A stretch of DNA of 64,000 bases, taken from NCBI GenBank assembly GCA_016870535.1, contig VGBK01000001.1:11311-75310 (forward strand), in the 5' to 3' direction. Source of the DNA: Actinomycetota bacterium. Its GTDB lineage: Bacteria; Actinomycetota; Acidimicrobiia; Spongiisociales; UBA11373. Every line of letters starts with the position of its first letter. Position 1 is the first letter of the stretch. The notes beneath the pieces were generated by a model. It made no database searches and was not told the origin of the DNA. It saw nothing but the letters and a program-made list of their open reading frames with translations. Shown in pieces: positions 9,512-21,362 of this stretch. The translations under genes and the position numbers were made by a program.

Positions 9512-10240
9512 ATGCCCTGTCTGGCCTGCGCCACGGCTCCCGTCGCCGGCGATGGGCTCTGCGTCGGCTGTCGGGCGGGCTTCACTCCCGGCACCGAACG
9601 GCGCCTCGACGGCGGCGTTCTGGTGCGCAGCGCCTACACCCACGCCGGGGCCGCCCGCCTCCTGGTGCATCGGCTCAAGTACGGGGCCCATCCCGCCGCC
9701 GCCGCCTTGCTGGCGAGTGCCATGGCCGCAGGGGTGCCGGCGGGAGCCGCCGCCCTGGTACCGGTTCCCAGGGCGCGCCTGCGGCGCTGGAAGTACGGTG
9801 TCGATCCCGCCCTGGAGTTGGCTCGTGCCCTGGGGAGGGCCCTCGATCTCCCGGTGGTGGTCGCCCTGGCCCCCGAGTGGTGGCACCGTCGGCGGGCCGG
9901 GCCCGGCGGGGCGAGGCGCGGCTTGCCCCGCTTCAGGGCCGTTCGTGGGGTGCCACCCGGTGCCGTCCTGGTCGACGATGTGGTAACCACGGGAGCCACG
10001 CTGCGCGCCGCCGGAGCGGTTCTGGGCGGGCCGCGGCGGGCGGTCACGGCCACCGCCTCCACGGGCGTCGCCGCCCCGGCGCCCTGGCCCACCCGGGGGT
10101 ATAGTGAGAGGCAAGCCCCCTCCGGGGATGCCGACGACGGGAGAGTGCGTGCCGCCCGGAGCGCACCACTACCGGATCCCCCTTGCATTCCAGTCCGCTC
10201 GCCGTCCTCGGGTCGCGCCCGAAGGACGCAAAGGAGGTAG
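9512..10240 (+). CDS. comFC: ComF family protein (phosphoribosyltransferase domain)
   Basis: N-terminal CxxC...CxxC zinc finger (MPCLACATAPVAGDGLCVGC) and a PRTase motif VLVDDVVTTGATL. It has a long low-complexity C-terminal tail. It lies in the conserved position upstream of hpf-secA. Confidence 0.7.
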   Translation: MPCLACATAPVAGDGLCVGCRAGFTPGTERRLDGGVLVRSAYTHAGAARLLVHRLKYGAHPAAAALLASAMAAGVPAGAAALVPVPRARLRRWKYGVDPALELARALGRALDLPVVVALAPEWWHRRRAGPGGARRGLPRFRAVRGVPPGAVLVDDVVTTGATLRAAGAVLGGPRRAVTATASTGVAAPAPWPTRGYSERQAPSGDADDGRVRAARSAPLPDPPCIPVRSPSSGRARRTQRR

Positions 10241-10242
10241 AG

Positions 10243-10794
10243 GTGGACGTTCGCGTGCGCGGTAAGGGCATGAGCCCGAGCGAGGACCTGCGGCGGCTCG
10301 CCGAGCAGAAGGTAGCCCGGTCCGGGCGGATGTTCGAGGACGCCGGCCCCATCGATGTCGAGTTCACCGACGAGCCGAATCCCCGCCAGGCGGGAGAGCG
10401 CTGCCGGGTCGAGATCACCGCCCGGGTGGCGACGCACCTGGTGCGCGTGGAGGCGGCCGGCGTAGATCATCGCTCCGCGCTCGATCTGGCCGTGGACAGG
10501 CTGGATCGCCAGTTGGGGCGGCTCAAGGAGCGCCTGGTCGAGCGGCACCGGCGAGGAGGGGACAAACAACTCAATAGCGCCTCCGCAAGCGTCGAAGAAA
10601 CCGGCGGCGCGGCGGACCTGCCGATCGAGAGAGTGAAGCGGTTCGACGTCAAGCCGATGACGCCACAGGAGGCAGCCCTCCAAATGGAACTGCTCGGGCA
10701 CAGCTTCTATCTGTTCCTGAACGCGGAATCCGGGCGGTACAGCGTGCTGTACCGGCGGCGCGGTGGTTCCCTGGGGCTGATCGAGCCCCAGTGA
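10243..10794 (+). CDS. hpf: Ribosome hibernation promoting factor (long HPF)
   Basis: The GTG at 10243 follows an AAGGAGG ribosome-binding site. The N-terminal S30AE/YfiA domain (VDVRVRGKGMSPSEDLRRLAEQKVAR...) is followed by the C-terminal dimerisation domain (PIERVKRFDVKPMTPQEAALQMELLGHSFYLFLNAESGRYSVLYRR). Confidence 0.85.
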   Translation: MDVRVRGKGMSPSEDLRRLAEQKVARSGRMFEDAGPIDVEFTDEPNPRQAGERCRVEITARVATHLVRVEAAGVDHRSALDLAVDRLDRQLGRLKERLVERHRRGGDKQLNSASASVEETGGAADLPIERVKRFDVKPMTPQEAALQMELLGHSFYLFLNAESGRYSVLYRRRGGSLGLIEPQ

Positions 10795-11444
10795 CCGCGG
10801 TGCGGGTCCTCGTCGTCGACGACGTGGACCTCTTTCGGACCGGGCTCAGCGCCGCGCTGCGCGCCGCCGGCTTCGACATCTGCGGTGAGGCCGGTGACGC
10901 CGAGGGGGCGGTGACCGCAGCCGAGTCGCTCCTCCCCGACGTGGTGGTGCTCGACATCCTCATGCCGGGGCTCTCCGGCCTGGAGGTCGTTGAGAAGATC
11001 CTCGCCGTGTCGCCGTCCTCGCGAGTGATCCTCCTCACCGCCAGCGAGTCGGTAGAGGACCTCCTCGAGGGCATTCGCGCCGGGGCACGCGGCTACCTGG
11101 TCAAGGACACCGCCTTCGACAGCCTGGCGGCCGGCATCCGCGATGTGGTGCGGGGCGGGGCGGCGGTGTCGGCCCGCATGGGGGGCAAGCTCTTCGACAT
11201 CCTGCGCGGGCATCTGCGCCACCAGGAGATCGTGGGCAGCCGCGAGCCCCGCCTCACCGGGCGGGAGATCGAGATCCTGCGCCACGTGGCCGCCGGGGAG
11301 ACCTCGCGGGAGATCGGCCGGGTGCTCTTCATCTCCGAGAACACGGTCAAGAACCACATCCGCAACGTCCTCGACAAACTGGGCCTCCACTCGCGCAGCG
11401 AGGCGGTGCTGTACGCGGTGCGCGAGAGCCTCATCGAGTTGTGA
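10791..11444 (+). CDS. NarL/FixJ (LuxR)-family response regulator
   Basis: REC domain (VLVVDDVDLFRTG...VVVLDILMPGLSG) plus a LuxR helix-turn-helix (LTGREIEILRHVAAGETSREIGRVLFISENTVKNHIRNVLDKLG). Its GTG start overlaps the hpf stop as GTGA. Confidence 0.85.
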   Translation: MTAVRVLVVDDVDLFRTGLSAALRAAGFDICGEAGDAEGAVTAAESLLPDVVVLDILMPGLSGLEVVEKILAVSPSSRVILLTASESVEDLLEGIRAGARGYLVKDTAFDSLAAGIRDVVRGGAAVSARMGGKLFDILRGHLRHQEIVGSREPRLTGREIEILRHVAAGETSREIGRVLFISENTVKNHIRNVLDKLGLHSRSEAVLYAVRESLIEL

Positions 11445-12478
11445 GCATGGACTTCGCCGCCCACCCCGCCGCCCTCTCCGACGATCTCCCGCCGGCCGGG
11501 GACGCTGCCGGCGGCGAGGTTCCCGAGGCGCCGTCGCTCGATGAGGACCTGGTGCAGAGGCTGGCGGGCCAGTTCGCCCAAGGTGGCGCCGCCGATGCCG
11601 GCGCTACCGTGCTGCGCGACCTGCTGCGCATCGAGAGCCGCCGGCCCCGGGTCCATCGATTGCTGCGCGTCTGGGCGGGCAAGGTGACCTCGGCGGTGCG
11701 CGCCGGCGACCTCGCCCGGGCCGAGTCCTGGATGCGCGCTCTTGTCGTCTCCCCTACCTACCCGGCGGAGTTCGCCGACCTGGTGGCCGAGGCCCTCGAC
11801 GAGGTCTCCTCCCCCGAGATGCTCGACGAGTTGGTGGTCCGGTTGGCCGCCGCCGATCCGCCGGTGACCGGAGCCGGGCTGGTGGCCGTCTGGGGGCAGC
11901 GCCTGGCGCGCCACCTCGTGACCGGCATGACCGTCGACGAGCCGCCGGTCAACCGGCGCTTCCTGGTGGAGTTCCTGTCCTGGGTGGGCCGGGAGGACGT
12001 CCGGTTGGTGGCTGCCTACACCGCCGACCCCCGCTGGTTTGTGGTGCGGAACGTGGCCATCGCCCTGGGGCGCACCGGCCGGGCCCAGGCGGTGGCGCCG
12101 CTGGAGTCCCTGCTCGACCATCCCGATCATCGGGTCCGGGTCGAGGCGCTCCGCGGTGTCTTCGCCCTGAGCCGGGGCGAGGCGGTGGCCCCCCTGGTGT
12201 CGGCCCTCTCCGACGCCGAGCCCAGGGTACGCCACGCCGCTCTCTCGCTGCTGCGCGCCTCGCCCAGCCGCGAGGTGGTAGGAGCCCTGGTGGAGTTGCT
12301 GGAGCGGCACCCTCCGGCGGCGCTGGAGGCCCGTCGGCTGGTGGAGATCATCGCCGAACGGGCCGATCCCGCGGCGCCGGCGGCCCTGGAGCGCCTTGCC
12401 GGCCGGCGGCGCGGGCGCGGCGCCGCCCGGGCGGTGCGCGAGGCGGCCCGGCTCGCCCTGGAAGGAGCCCGGCGGTGA
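11441..12478 (+). CDS. HEAT-repeat (PBS-lyase-type) protein
   Basis: Repeated DPRWFVVRNVAIALGRTG / DHPDHRVRVEALRGVFAL / SDAEPRVRHAALSLLRA units typical of HEAT_2/PBS lyase repeats. Its start overlaps the response-regulator stop (GTGA). Confidence 0.6.
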   Translation: MSMDFAAHPAALSDDLPPAGDAAGGEVPEAPSLDEDLVQRLAGQFAQGGAADAGATVLRDLLRIESRRPRVHRLLRVWAGKVTSAVRAGDLARAESWMRALVVSPTYPAEFADLVAEALDEVSSPEMLDELVVRLAAADPPVTGAGLVAVWGQRLARHLVTGMTVDEPPVNRRFLVEFLSWVGREDVRLVAAYTADPRWFVVRNVAIALGRTGRAQAVAPLESLLDHPDHRVRVEALRGVFALSRGEAVAPLVSALSDAEPRVRHAALSLLRASPSREVVGALVELLERHPPAALEARRLVEIIAERADPAAPAALERLAGRRRGRGAARAVREAARLALEGARR

Positions 12479-13794
12479 GCGAACTCGTGGCCCGGGGCTT
12501 CCTGCGCGCCTTGCACCACGCCGCGGAGAGCATGCTGCGCCACCCGCCGACTCACCAGGCGGTGGAGGGCGCCGTCACCGCGCTGCACCAAGCCGCCGAG
12601 GCGCTCACCGCCGCGGAGAAGGAAGTGGTCATCACCGTAGGCGACGAAGCCCTCTTCCTCGGCTCCCGCCTGCTGCCCCACGCCTCCATCGAGTTCCACG
12701 GCATGCGGAGCGACCTGCAGCAGCGCGGAGTCGACTCCATAACCGTGCTGCGGGGCGCCTCGCGGCGTGACCTGGCCGACCTGGCTTCGGTGGCGGCGGG
12801 GCACGGCACCGATCTCCCCGCCGGGGGCACCGTGCGCCTGAACGAGCGGCCGCTGACGCCGGCGCAACTCGAGGCCCGCCCCCTTTCGGGGCTGCGCCGC
12901 ACCTACGCCGCCTCGCTCGACGCCCTGCGGTCGGTTTCCTCGGGCCGCCGCCTGGAGTTGGGCAAGGTGTCCGGGGCGGTGGAAGGCTTCTTGCGGGGAG
13001 GGGCCGCCGAAGGCGGCCCCTCGCTGATGCTCGCCACCCTGCACAACCACGACGAGACCACCTTCTACCACTCGGTCAACGTCTGCCTGCTCAGCCTGGC
13101 GTTGGGCCGGGCGGCGGGCCTGAGCGACGATGAACTGCGCCCCCTAGGCATGGGAGCGTTGCTCATCGACATCGGGCGGGTGGTGCTCGACGACCCGGCG
13201 CTGCGTGCCCCGGGCCGCCTCTCCAACGAGGACTGGGCGCTGGTGCGCCTGCACCCGCAGGAGGGGGCGCTGGCCATCCTGGCGGCCACCCGCCCGGGGG
13301 AGGAGGTCGCCGCGCAGATCGCTCTGGAGCACCACGTCCGCTTCGACGGCGGGGGCTACCCCGACCTGGGTGGCCGCCGCCCCCACTACCTCAGCCGCCT
13401 GGTGGCCGTCGCCGACGTCTACGACGCCGTGACCAGCCACCGTACCCACCGTCCGGCCCGGACTCCGCACGAGGCGCTGGAGATCCTGTCGCGCGGCAAG
13501 GGGGAGGCGTTCGATCCCGACGTGGTGGAGGCCTTCATCCGGATGATGGGCCTGTACCCGCCCGGGTCGCTGCTGCGGCTGGAGAGCGGCGAGGTCGTCG
13601 TGGTGACCGCGGGGACCGGCGGGTCGCCTCGTGCCCTCGTGGTGAGCGACGCGTCGGGGGCGCTGCTCGAAGTCCCCGAACCGCTGGACCTCGCCGGGTG
13701 CCGGGTGGCCGGTGAACTGCTCTCCGACGACGTTGGAGTGCCGCCGGCCTCCCTGCTCGAGGCAGCGCTGGCCGCCTCCGGCGGCGGTCGCTGA
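12475..13794 (+). CDS. HD-GYP domain protein (putative c-di-GMP phosphodiesterase or signalling protein)
   Basis: HD domain (HSVNVCLLSLALG...DIGRV) and the HHVRFDGGGYP motif matching the HD-GYP signature HHExxDGxGYP. Its GTG start overlaps the HEAT-gene stop as GTGA. Confidence 0.7.
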   Translation: MSELVARGFLRALHHAAESMLRHPPTHQAVEGAVTALHQAAEALTAAEKEVVITVGDEALFLGSRLLPHASIEFHGMRSDLQQRGVDSITVLRGASRRDLADLASVAAGHGTDLPAGGTVRLNERPLTPAQLEARPLSGLRRTYAASLDALRSVSSGRRLELGKVSGAVEGFLRGGAAEGGPSLMLATLHNHDETTFYHSVNVCLLSLALGRAAGLSDDELRPLGMGALLIDIGRVVLDDPALRAPGRLSNEDWALVRLHPQEGALAILAATRPGEEVAAQIALEHHVRFDGGGYPDLGGRRPHYLSRLVAVADVYDAVTSHRTHRPARTPHEALEILSRGKGEAFDPDVVEAFIRMMGLYPPGSLLRLESGEVVVVTAGTGGSPRALVVSDASGALLEVPEPLDLAGCRVAGELLSDDVGVPPASLLEAALAASGGGR

Positions 13795-13833
13795 GCCTCG
13801 CCACCGCTCTGTCCGCAGCGGCGGGCCGTCGAT

Positions 13834-16485
<2,652 letters not shown>

Positions 16486-16563
16486 GGCGGCCGGCGGCTC
16501 ATCCGGTCCCTTCGGGACTTTGTCCCCTGTTACGGGCACGGCCGGGGCGACCATTCTTAAGGT

Positions 16564-17277
16564 ATGCCTGAAGAATGCGACCCCGCCGGTAAGGGTCTGC
16601 CCGAACTTCCGGAGACCACCGAGAGCGAGGAGATGTACCTGATCACGGTGGCGCGCGCCGCGGAGGAGGGTGCCTCCGGCCCGATCCCGGTGGCCTTCGT
16701 CGCCGGTTCTCTCGGGGTATCGGTGGTTTCGGCCAACGAGAAGGTGCACCGGCTGGCCGGGCGAGGCCTGGTGGAGTACTCGCCCTACAAGGGGGTCGAG
16801 CTGACCAGCCAGGGCGCCGACGTGGCCCGGCGGGTGCTGCGGACCCGGCGCCTGTGGGCGACCTTTCTGGCAAGTCGTTTGGGCTACAGCCCGGCAGAGG
16901 CGGATGCTCTCGCCTGCCGGCTGGAGCACGCCACGCCTCCCGATGCTGCCGAGCGTCTCGCCGTCTTCCTTGGGGGCCCGCGCACCGGCCCGCAGGGCCT
17001 GGCGATTCCCCCGCCCATCGGGGAGGCCGCCCCGGCCACCCTGCCGCTGGCGGAGATCCCGGCGGGCACCGAGGTGGAGGTGGTCGCTCTCGGCGTGACC
17101 GGCGAGCCCGAGAGGTTCCTGATGGCGCACTCCCTGCGCCCCGGGTGCCGGGTGACCGTGCTGGCAGCCGGTCCTTCGGGGCTGCTGGTGGAAGCCGGAG
17201 GCCGGAGCGTGCATCTGGCCCCGGGGTTGGGTGCAGCCATCGAGGTGGTGGGGGGAGGCACCCGTGTGGGGGGGTAG
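16564..17277 (+). CDS. DtxR/IdeR-family metal-dependent transcriptional regulator with a C-terminal FeoA-like domain
   Basis: N-terminal DtxR helix-turn-helix and dimerisation region (EEMYLITVARAAEEG...VHRLAGRGLVEYSPYKGVELTSQGADVARRVLRTRRLWATFL), then a C-terminal SH3-like segment (LPLAEIPAGTEVEVVALG...). It lies directly upstream of feoAB. Confidence 0.75.
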   Translation: MPEECDPAGKGLPELPETTESEEMYLITVARAAEEGASGPIPVAFVAGSLGVSVVSANEKVHRLAGRGLVEYSPYKGVELTSQGADVARRVLRTRRLWATFLASRLGYSPAEADALACRLEHATPPDAAERLAVFLGGPRTGPQGLAIPPPIGEAAPATLPLAEIPAGTEVEVVALGVTGEPERFLMAHSLRPGCRVTVLAAGPSGLLVEAGGRSVHLAPGLGAAIEVVGGGTRVGG

Positions 17278-17566
17278 GGAGCGCCGCCGGGAGCGGGCCC
17301 GGGCTCACCGGCGCGGCGGGTCCGTTGCCCCTGCTCCGGCCGGGCTCACCCTGGATCGGGTGAGGCGGGGCGGCCGGGTGCGGCTGGTGTGGGTGGGCGG
17401 CGGTCCCCGGTTGGTGCACCGCCTGGCGGCGCTGGGGATGGTGCCGGGGGCAGTGGTCACCGTGACCCGGGCCCACGGCCCGGCCGTGCTGGCGCTGCAC
17501 GGGACCCGCATCGCCGTGGGCCGGCGCGCCGCGCGGCTCATCGAGGTCGAGGAGGCGGGCGTATGA
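17231..17566 (+). CDS. feoA: FeoA-family protein
   Basis: LTLDRVRRGGRVRLVWVGGGPRLVHRLAALGMVPGAVVTVTRAHGPAVLALHGTRIAVGRRAARLIEV matches the FeoA SH3-like fold. The ATG at 17231 overlaps the DtxR-like 3' end, so the start is uncertain. Its stop is ATGA-coupled to feoB. Confidence 0.6.
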   Translation: MQPSRWWGEAPVWGGRERRRERARAHRRGGSVAPAPAGLTLDRVRRGGRVRLVWVGGGPRLVHRLAALGMVPGAVVTVTRAHGPAVLALHGTRIAVGRRAARLIEVEEAGV

Positions 17567-19767
17567 CGCCGCCGGTGGTGGCGATTGCCGGGTGCCCGAA
17601 CGCGGGCAAGACCACCCTCTTCAATCACCTGGCAGGCGCCCGCCACTCCGTGGGCAACTGGCCGGGGCAGACGGTTGAGCGGCACGAAGGGACTCTCTCC
17701 ATCGACGGGGAGGAGTTCCGGGTGGTGGATCTGCCGGGGATCTACGGGCTGGTCGCGGTGTCGGCCGAGGAGTCCATCGCCACCGGCTTCCTGGCCGGAG
17801 AGCGGCCGGCGGCGGCGATCACCGTCGTCGATGTCACCAAGCTGAACACCGGCTTGCACCTGGTGGCCCAGGTATCCGAGGCCGGGATCCGCCAGGTGGT
17901 GGCCCTCAACATGTGGGATGTGGCCGACCGGCGCGGCCTGACGGTAGACCTGGGAGCGCTGCAGGAGGCGCTGGGTGCCCGGGTGGTGCCCACCGTGGCG
18001 CGGCGCGGGGAGGGCATGGTGGATCTGCGCGCCGCGGTGGCCGAGGTGGCCCGCACCGCCGGCCCGCCCACCCCCATGGTCATCGACTATGGGCCGGTAG
18101 TGGAGCGGCACCTGGGGGCCCTGGTCGAGGCGGCGGTGGACATCCCGGAAGTGCTCCGCCTGGGACCTCCCCGCTGGGTCATGCTCCAGTTGCTGGCCGG
18201 GGACGCGGAGACGCGTCGCCGCGTCGGCGCCGTAGCCGGGGGCGAAGCGATGCTCCGGGCCGCCCAGGGGGAGGCGGCCGCCATCACCGCCGAGACCGGG
18301 AGCGCCGTCGAGGTGGTCCTGGCCGAGCGTCGCTTCGAGTGGGTGGCCGGCTTGCTGGCGCGGGTCGCCATCGGGGCTCCGGCCGGCACTAACTGGTCGG
18401 ATCGTTTCGACCGGGTACTCACCCATCGGTGGCTCGGCTTGCCGGTCTTCCTGGCAGTCATGTGGGTGGTGCTCCGGGTGACCGCCGACGTCACCGCCCC
18501 CTTCGTCGACTGGGTCGACGCCACCATCTCGGGGCCGGTGAGCCGCTGGGCGGCCTCGCTGCTGGGGGCGGCGTCCCTGGACGGCGGCTGGGTGGAGAGC
18601 CTGGTCGTCGACGGCATCCTGGCCGGGGTGGGTGGGGTGCTGGCCTTTGTCCCCGTGCTGTTCGGCCTCTACTTGATGCTGGCCCTGCTGGAGGACTCCG
18701 GGTACATGGCCCGCACCGCAGTGGTCATGGATCGGGCCATGCGGGCAGTGGGCATACCCGGGAAGGCCTTCCTCCCCATGATGGTGGGATTCGGCTGCAC
18801 CGTGCCGGCCATCTATGCGACCCGCACGCTCGACTCGGCGCGCGACCGGCTGCTGGCCGGACTGCTGACTCCGTTCATGTCCTGTGGGGCGCGCCTGCCG
18901 GTGTACGTGCTGCTCGCCGGCGTCTTCTTCGGCGGCCGCCGCAGCACCGTGGTGCTCGCCATGTACCTCCTCGGCATGCTGGTAGCGGTTCTCATTGGGC
19001 TGCTGCTCTCCAAGACGGTGCTGCGCGAGACCGACCCCACGCCGCTGGTCATGGTGCTGCCCGATTTCCGCTTGCCCAACGCCCGCACGGTGTGGTCACT
19101 GGTGCGTTCGCGCACCTGGGCGTTCATCAAGGGGGCGGGCACGGTGATCCTGGCGGCCAGCGTGGCGGTGTGGCTGCTGCTGGCCATCCCGGTGGGGGGC
19201 GGCGGTTTCGCCGACACCGATGTGGAGCGGAGCGCCTTCGGCGCGGCGAGCAGGGGGGCGGCGGTGGCTTTCGGGCCGGCGGGCTTCGGGGAATGGCAGC
19301 AGGCGGGGGCGCTTCTCTCGGGCTTCATCGCCAAGGAGGTCGTGGTCAGCACGCTGGCCCAGCTGTATGCGACGGACGGCGCCGACCAGGAGGGGAAGTC
19401 CCAGAGCCTGGGCGCCGATCTGCGGGAGATCGGATCCGGGTTCGCCCGAGCGGCCGGGGAGACGCTGCGCGCCCTCCCCGGAGTGGTGGGCCTGGGCCTC
19501 ATCGACCTGGATGACGATTCACCGAGCAGCCTGCAGTCGGCGATCCGCACCTCCTTCGGAGCAAGCAGCGGCGGCCATGGAGCCTTGGCCGGCATGGCCT
19601 TCCTGGTCTTCGTGCTGCTCTACACGCCCTGTATAGCGGCGGTGGCCGCCTTCCGTCAGGAGTTCGGGACCCGCTGGATGTGGTTCATCGTGTTCGGCCA
19701 ACTCACGGTGGCTTGGCTCGGGGCTCTGGCTACCTTCCAGGTGGGCCGTCTGCTGGGGTTGGGATGA
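17563..19767 (+). CDS. feoB: Ferrous iron transporter FeoB
   Basis: The ATG at 17563 follows GAGGAGG. N-terminal G-domain (VAIAGCPNAGKTTLFNHLAG, G1-G4 motifs), then the polytopic gate and permease domains. The long N-terminal extension of the raw ORF belongs to feoA in another frame. Confidence 0.9.
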   Translation: MTPPVVAIAGCPNAGKTTLFNHLAGARHSVGNWPGQTVERHEGTLSIDGEEFRVVDLPGIYGLVAVSAEESIATGFLAGERPAAAITVVDVTKLNTGLHLVAQVSEAGIRQVVALNMWDVADRRGLTVDLGALQEALGARVVPTVARRGEGMVDLRAAVAEVARTAGPPTPMVIDYGPVVERHLGALVEAAVDIPEVLRLGPPRWVMLQLLAGDAETRRRVGAVAGGEAMLRAAQGEAAAITAETGSAVEVVLAERRFEWVAGLLARVAIGAPAGTNWSDRFDRVLTHRWLGLPVFLAVMWVVLRVTADVTAPFVDWVDATISGPVSRWAASLLGAASLDGGWVESLVVDGILAGVGGVLAFVPVLFGLYLMLALLEDSGYMARTAVVMDRAMRAVGIPGKAFLPMMVGFGCTVPAIYATRTLDSARDRLLAGLLTPFMSCGARLPVYVLLAGVFFGGRRSTVVLAMYLLGMLVAVLIGLLLSKTVLRETDPTPLVMVLPDFRLPNARTVWSLVRSRTWAFIKGAGTVILAASVAVWLLLAIPVGGGGFADTDVERSAFGAASRGAAVAFGPAGFGEWQQAGALLSGFIAKEVVVSTLAQLYATDGADQEGKSQSLGADLREIGSGFARAAGETLRALPGVVGLGLIDLDDDSPSSLQSAIRTSFGASSGGHGALAGMAFLVFVLLYTPCIAAVAAFRQEFGTRWMWFIVFGQLTVAWLGALATFQVGRLLGLG

Positions 19768-20036
19768 GGCTGGCGGCCCTGCTCCGCGCCGTGGAGGAGT
19801 CGCCCGGGACGGTGACGGTGGCCGACCTGGCGAAGCGCCTGAGGGAGAGCCCCGAGACGGTGCGCGCCATGCTGGCCGCCCTGCGAGCGGCGGGGCACCT
19901 GGGCCCGGAGGGGAGTGCCCGGCCGGGCACCGAGGAGTGCGCCTCCGCCGCTTCGTGCGCGGTGTCTTGCCCCGGGCCGGGGGATTGCCCCTTCGTGGTC
20001 GACCTGGGAGTGGGGCTCGAGGTCAGGCGGCAGTAG
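19764..20036 (+). CDS. FeoC-like small winged-helix protein with a Cys-rich tail
   Basis: MRLAALLRAVEESPGTVTVADLAKRLRESPETVRAMLAALRAAGHL, then a Cx4Cx3CxxxxC cluster. Its ATG overlaps the feoB stop as ATGA. Confidence 0.5.
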   Translation: MRLAALLRAVEESPGTVTVADLAKRLRESPETVRAMLAALRAAGHLGPEGSARPGTEECASAASCAVSCPGPGDCPFVVDLGVGLEVRRQ

Positions 20037-20161
20037 GCCACCGGGGCGGCTCTGCCGGAGCGTGCGGCGGTGCCCGCCGGGGCGTGCCCCACTCCCGGCT
20101 CGTCGGGCGCGCCACCAGCACCCGCCGCCGACGTCCGGTGCCCCACTAACCTGCGCTTCCT

Positions 20162-21281
20162 ATGGATCAGGATCCTCGCGCCGCCATCAAGTCCCTGCGG
20201 GCTCGCCTGCACGACGCCCGGAGGTTCCTTTGACGTCGAGGCCAAAGCGAACGGTCTCGAGGCGCTGAGGGCCCGGGCGGCAGCGCCGGACCTCTGGCAG
20301 GACCCCGATCGGGCCCGGGAGATCACCCGCCGCCTGGCGCGCGACGAGTCGATCGTCGCCCGGGTGGAGCGCCTCGCCGCCGCCCTCGACGACGCGGCGG
20401 TCCTGCTCGACATGGCCGCGGAAGAAGAGGATCCCCAGGCCGCCGCCGAGGTCGTCGCCGACCTGTTGGGCGTCGAGGACGACCTGGCGGACCTGGAGGG
20501 GGAGAGCCTCTACTTCGGCGAGCACGACGACCGGGCGGCGATCCTCAGCGTGCATGCCGGCGCCGGGGGAGTGGACGCCGCCGACTGGGCCGACATGCTG
20601 TTGCGCATGTACCTGCGCTTCCTGGAGGAGAGGGGCTTCGAGGTCGAGGTCGACGAGGTGCTCCCCGCCGAGGAAGCCGGCATCCGCTCCGCCACCCTGA
20701 CCGTCCGGGGCGAGCACGCCTACGGCATCCTGGAGGGGGAGCGGGGGGTGCATCGCCTGGTGCGCATCAGCCCCTTCGACTCCAACGCCCGCCGCCACAC
20801 CTCGTTCGCCGGAGTGGACGTGATCCCCGAGGTGGAGGCGGCCGAGGTGGAGATCGACCCCGACGATCTGCGCATCGAGACCTTCCGTTCCCAAGGTCAC
20901 GGGGGCCAGTCGGTCAACACCACCGACTCCGCAGTGCGCATCACCCACCTGCCCACCGGGATCGTGGCCGGCTGCCAGGTGGAGCGCTCCCAGATGCAGA
21001 ACCGGGCCAGGGCCATGGCCCTGCTCACCGCGCGCCTGGCGGAGCGCCTGCGCCGCGAGCACCAGGCGGCGCTCGAGGAGATCCGCGGCGAGCAGGGCGA
21101 GGCCGCCTGGGGCCGCCAGATCCGCTCCTACGTGCTGCAGCCCTACCAGATGGTCAAAGACCTCCGCACCGACGTGGAGGTGGGCAACGTCCAAGGGGTG
21201 CTCGACGGGGACCTGGACCGCTTCGTGGAGGGCTACCTCCATTGGCGCCGGGCGCGCCGGGAACAGGCCGGGCGCCAGTAG
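20162..21281 (+). CDS. prfB: Peptide chain release factor 2, with a programmed +1 ribosomal frameshift
   Basis: Frame 0 gives MDQDPRAAIKSLRARLHDARRFL then UGA at 20231-20233. The +1 frame from 20232 continues DVEAKANGLEALRA... to the RF2 body containing SPF and GGQ (FRSQGHGGQSVN). The joined CDS is 20162..20230 plus 20232..21281. Confidence 0.9.
20219..20234 (+). other. prfB autoregulatory +1 frameshift site (SD-like GGAGG, 3-nt spacer, CUU UGA C)
   Basis: The sequence cGGAGGttcCTTTGAC is the canonical RF2 recoding cassette. Confidence 0.85.
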
Positions 21282-21323
21282 CGCGCGGGTCGGGCGTGGG
21301 CCCATCCGGGGGGGCGAAGCCGT

Positions 21324-21362
21324 CTGAGGGTCCCTCAGGGGCCGGGCCGCCGGCGGCCCGGC
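21324..21362 (+). terminator. Two GC-rich hairpins downstream of prfB (putative terminator)
   Basis: ctgagggTccctcag (7-bp stem) at 21324-21338. Perfect palindrome gccgggccgcc/ggcggcccggc at 21341-21362. Both lie 43-80 nt after the prfB stop, with no U-tract, as expected in a high-GC genome. Confidence 0.35.

Noticed and set aside
8188-10104. 638-aa plus-strand ORF
   Set aside because: It runs across the intergenic inverted repeat, antisense through the ldhA-like gene and out of frame through comF. It is low-complexity and is explained by the real genes.
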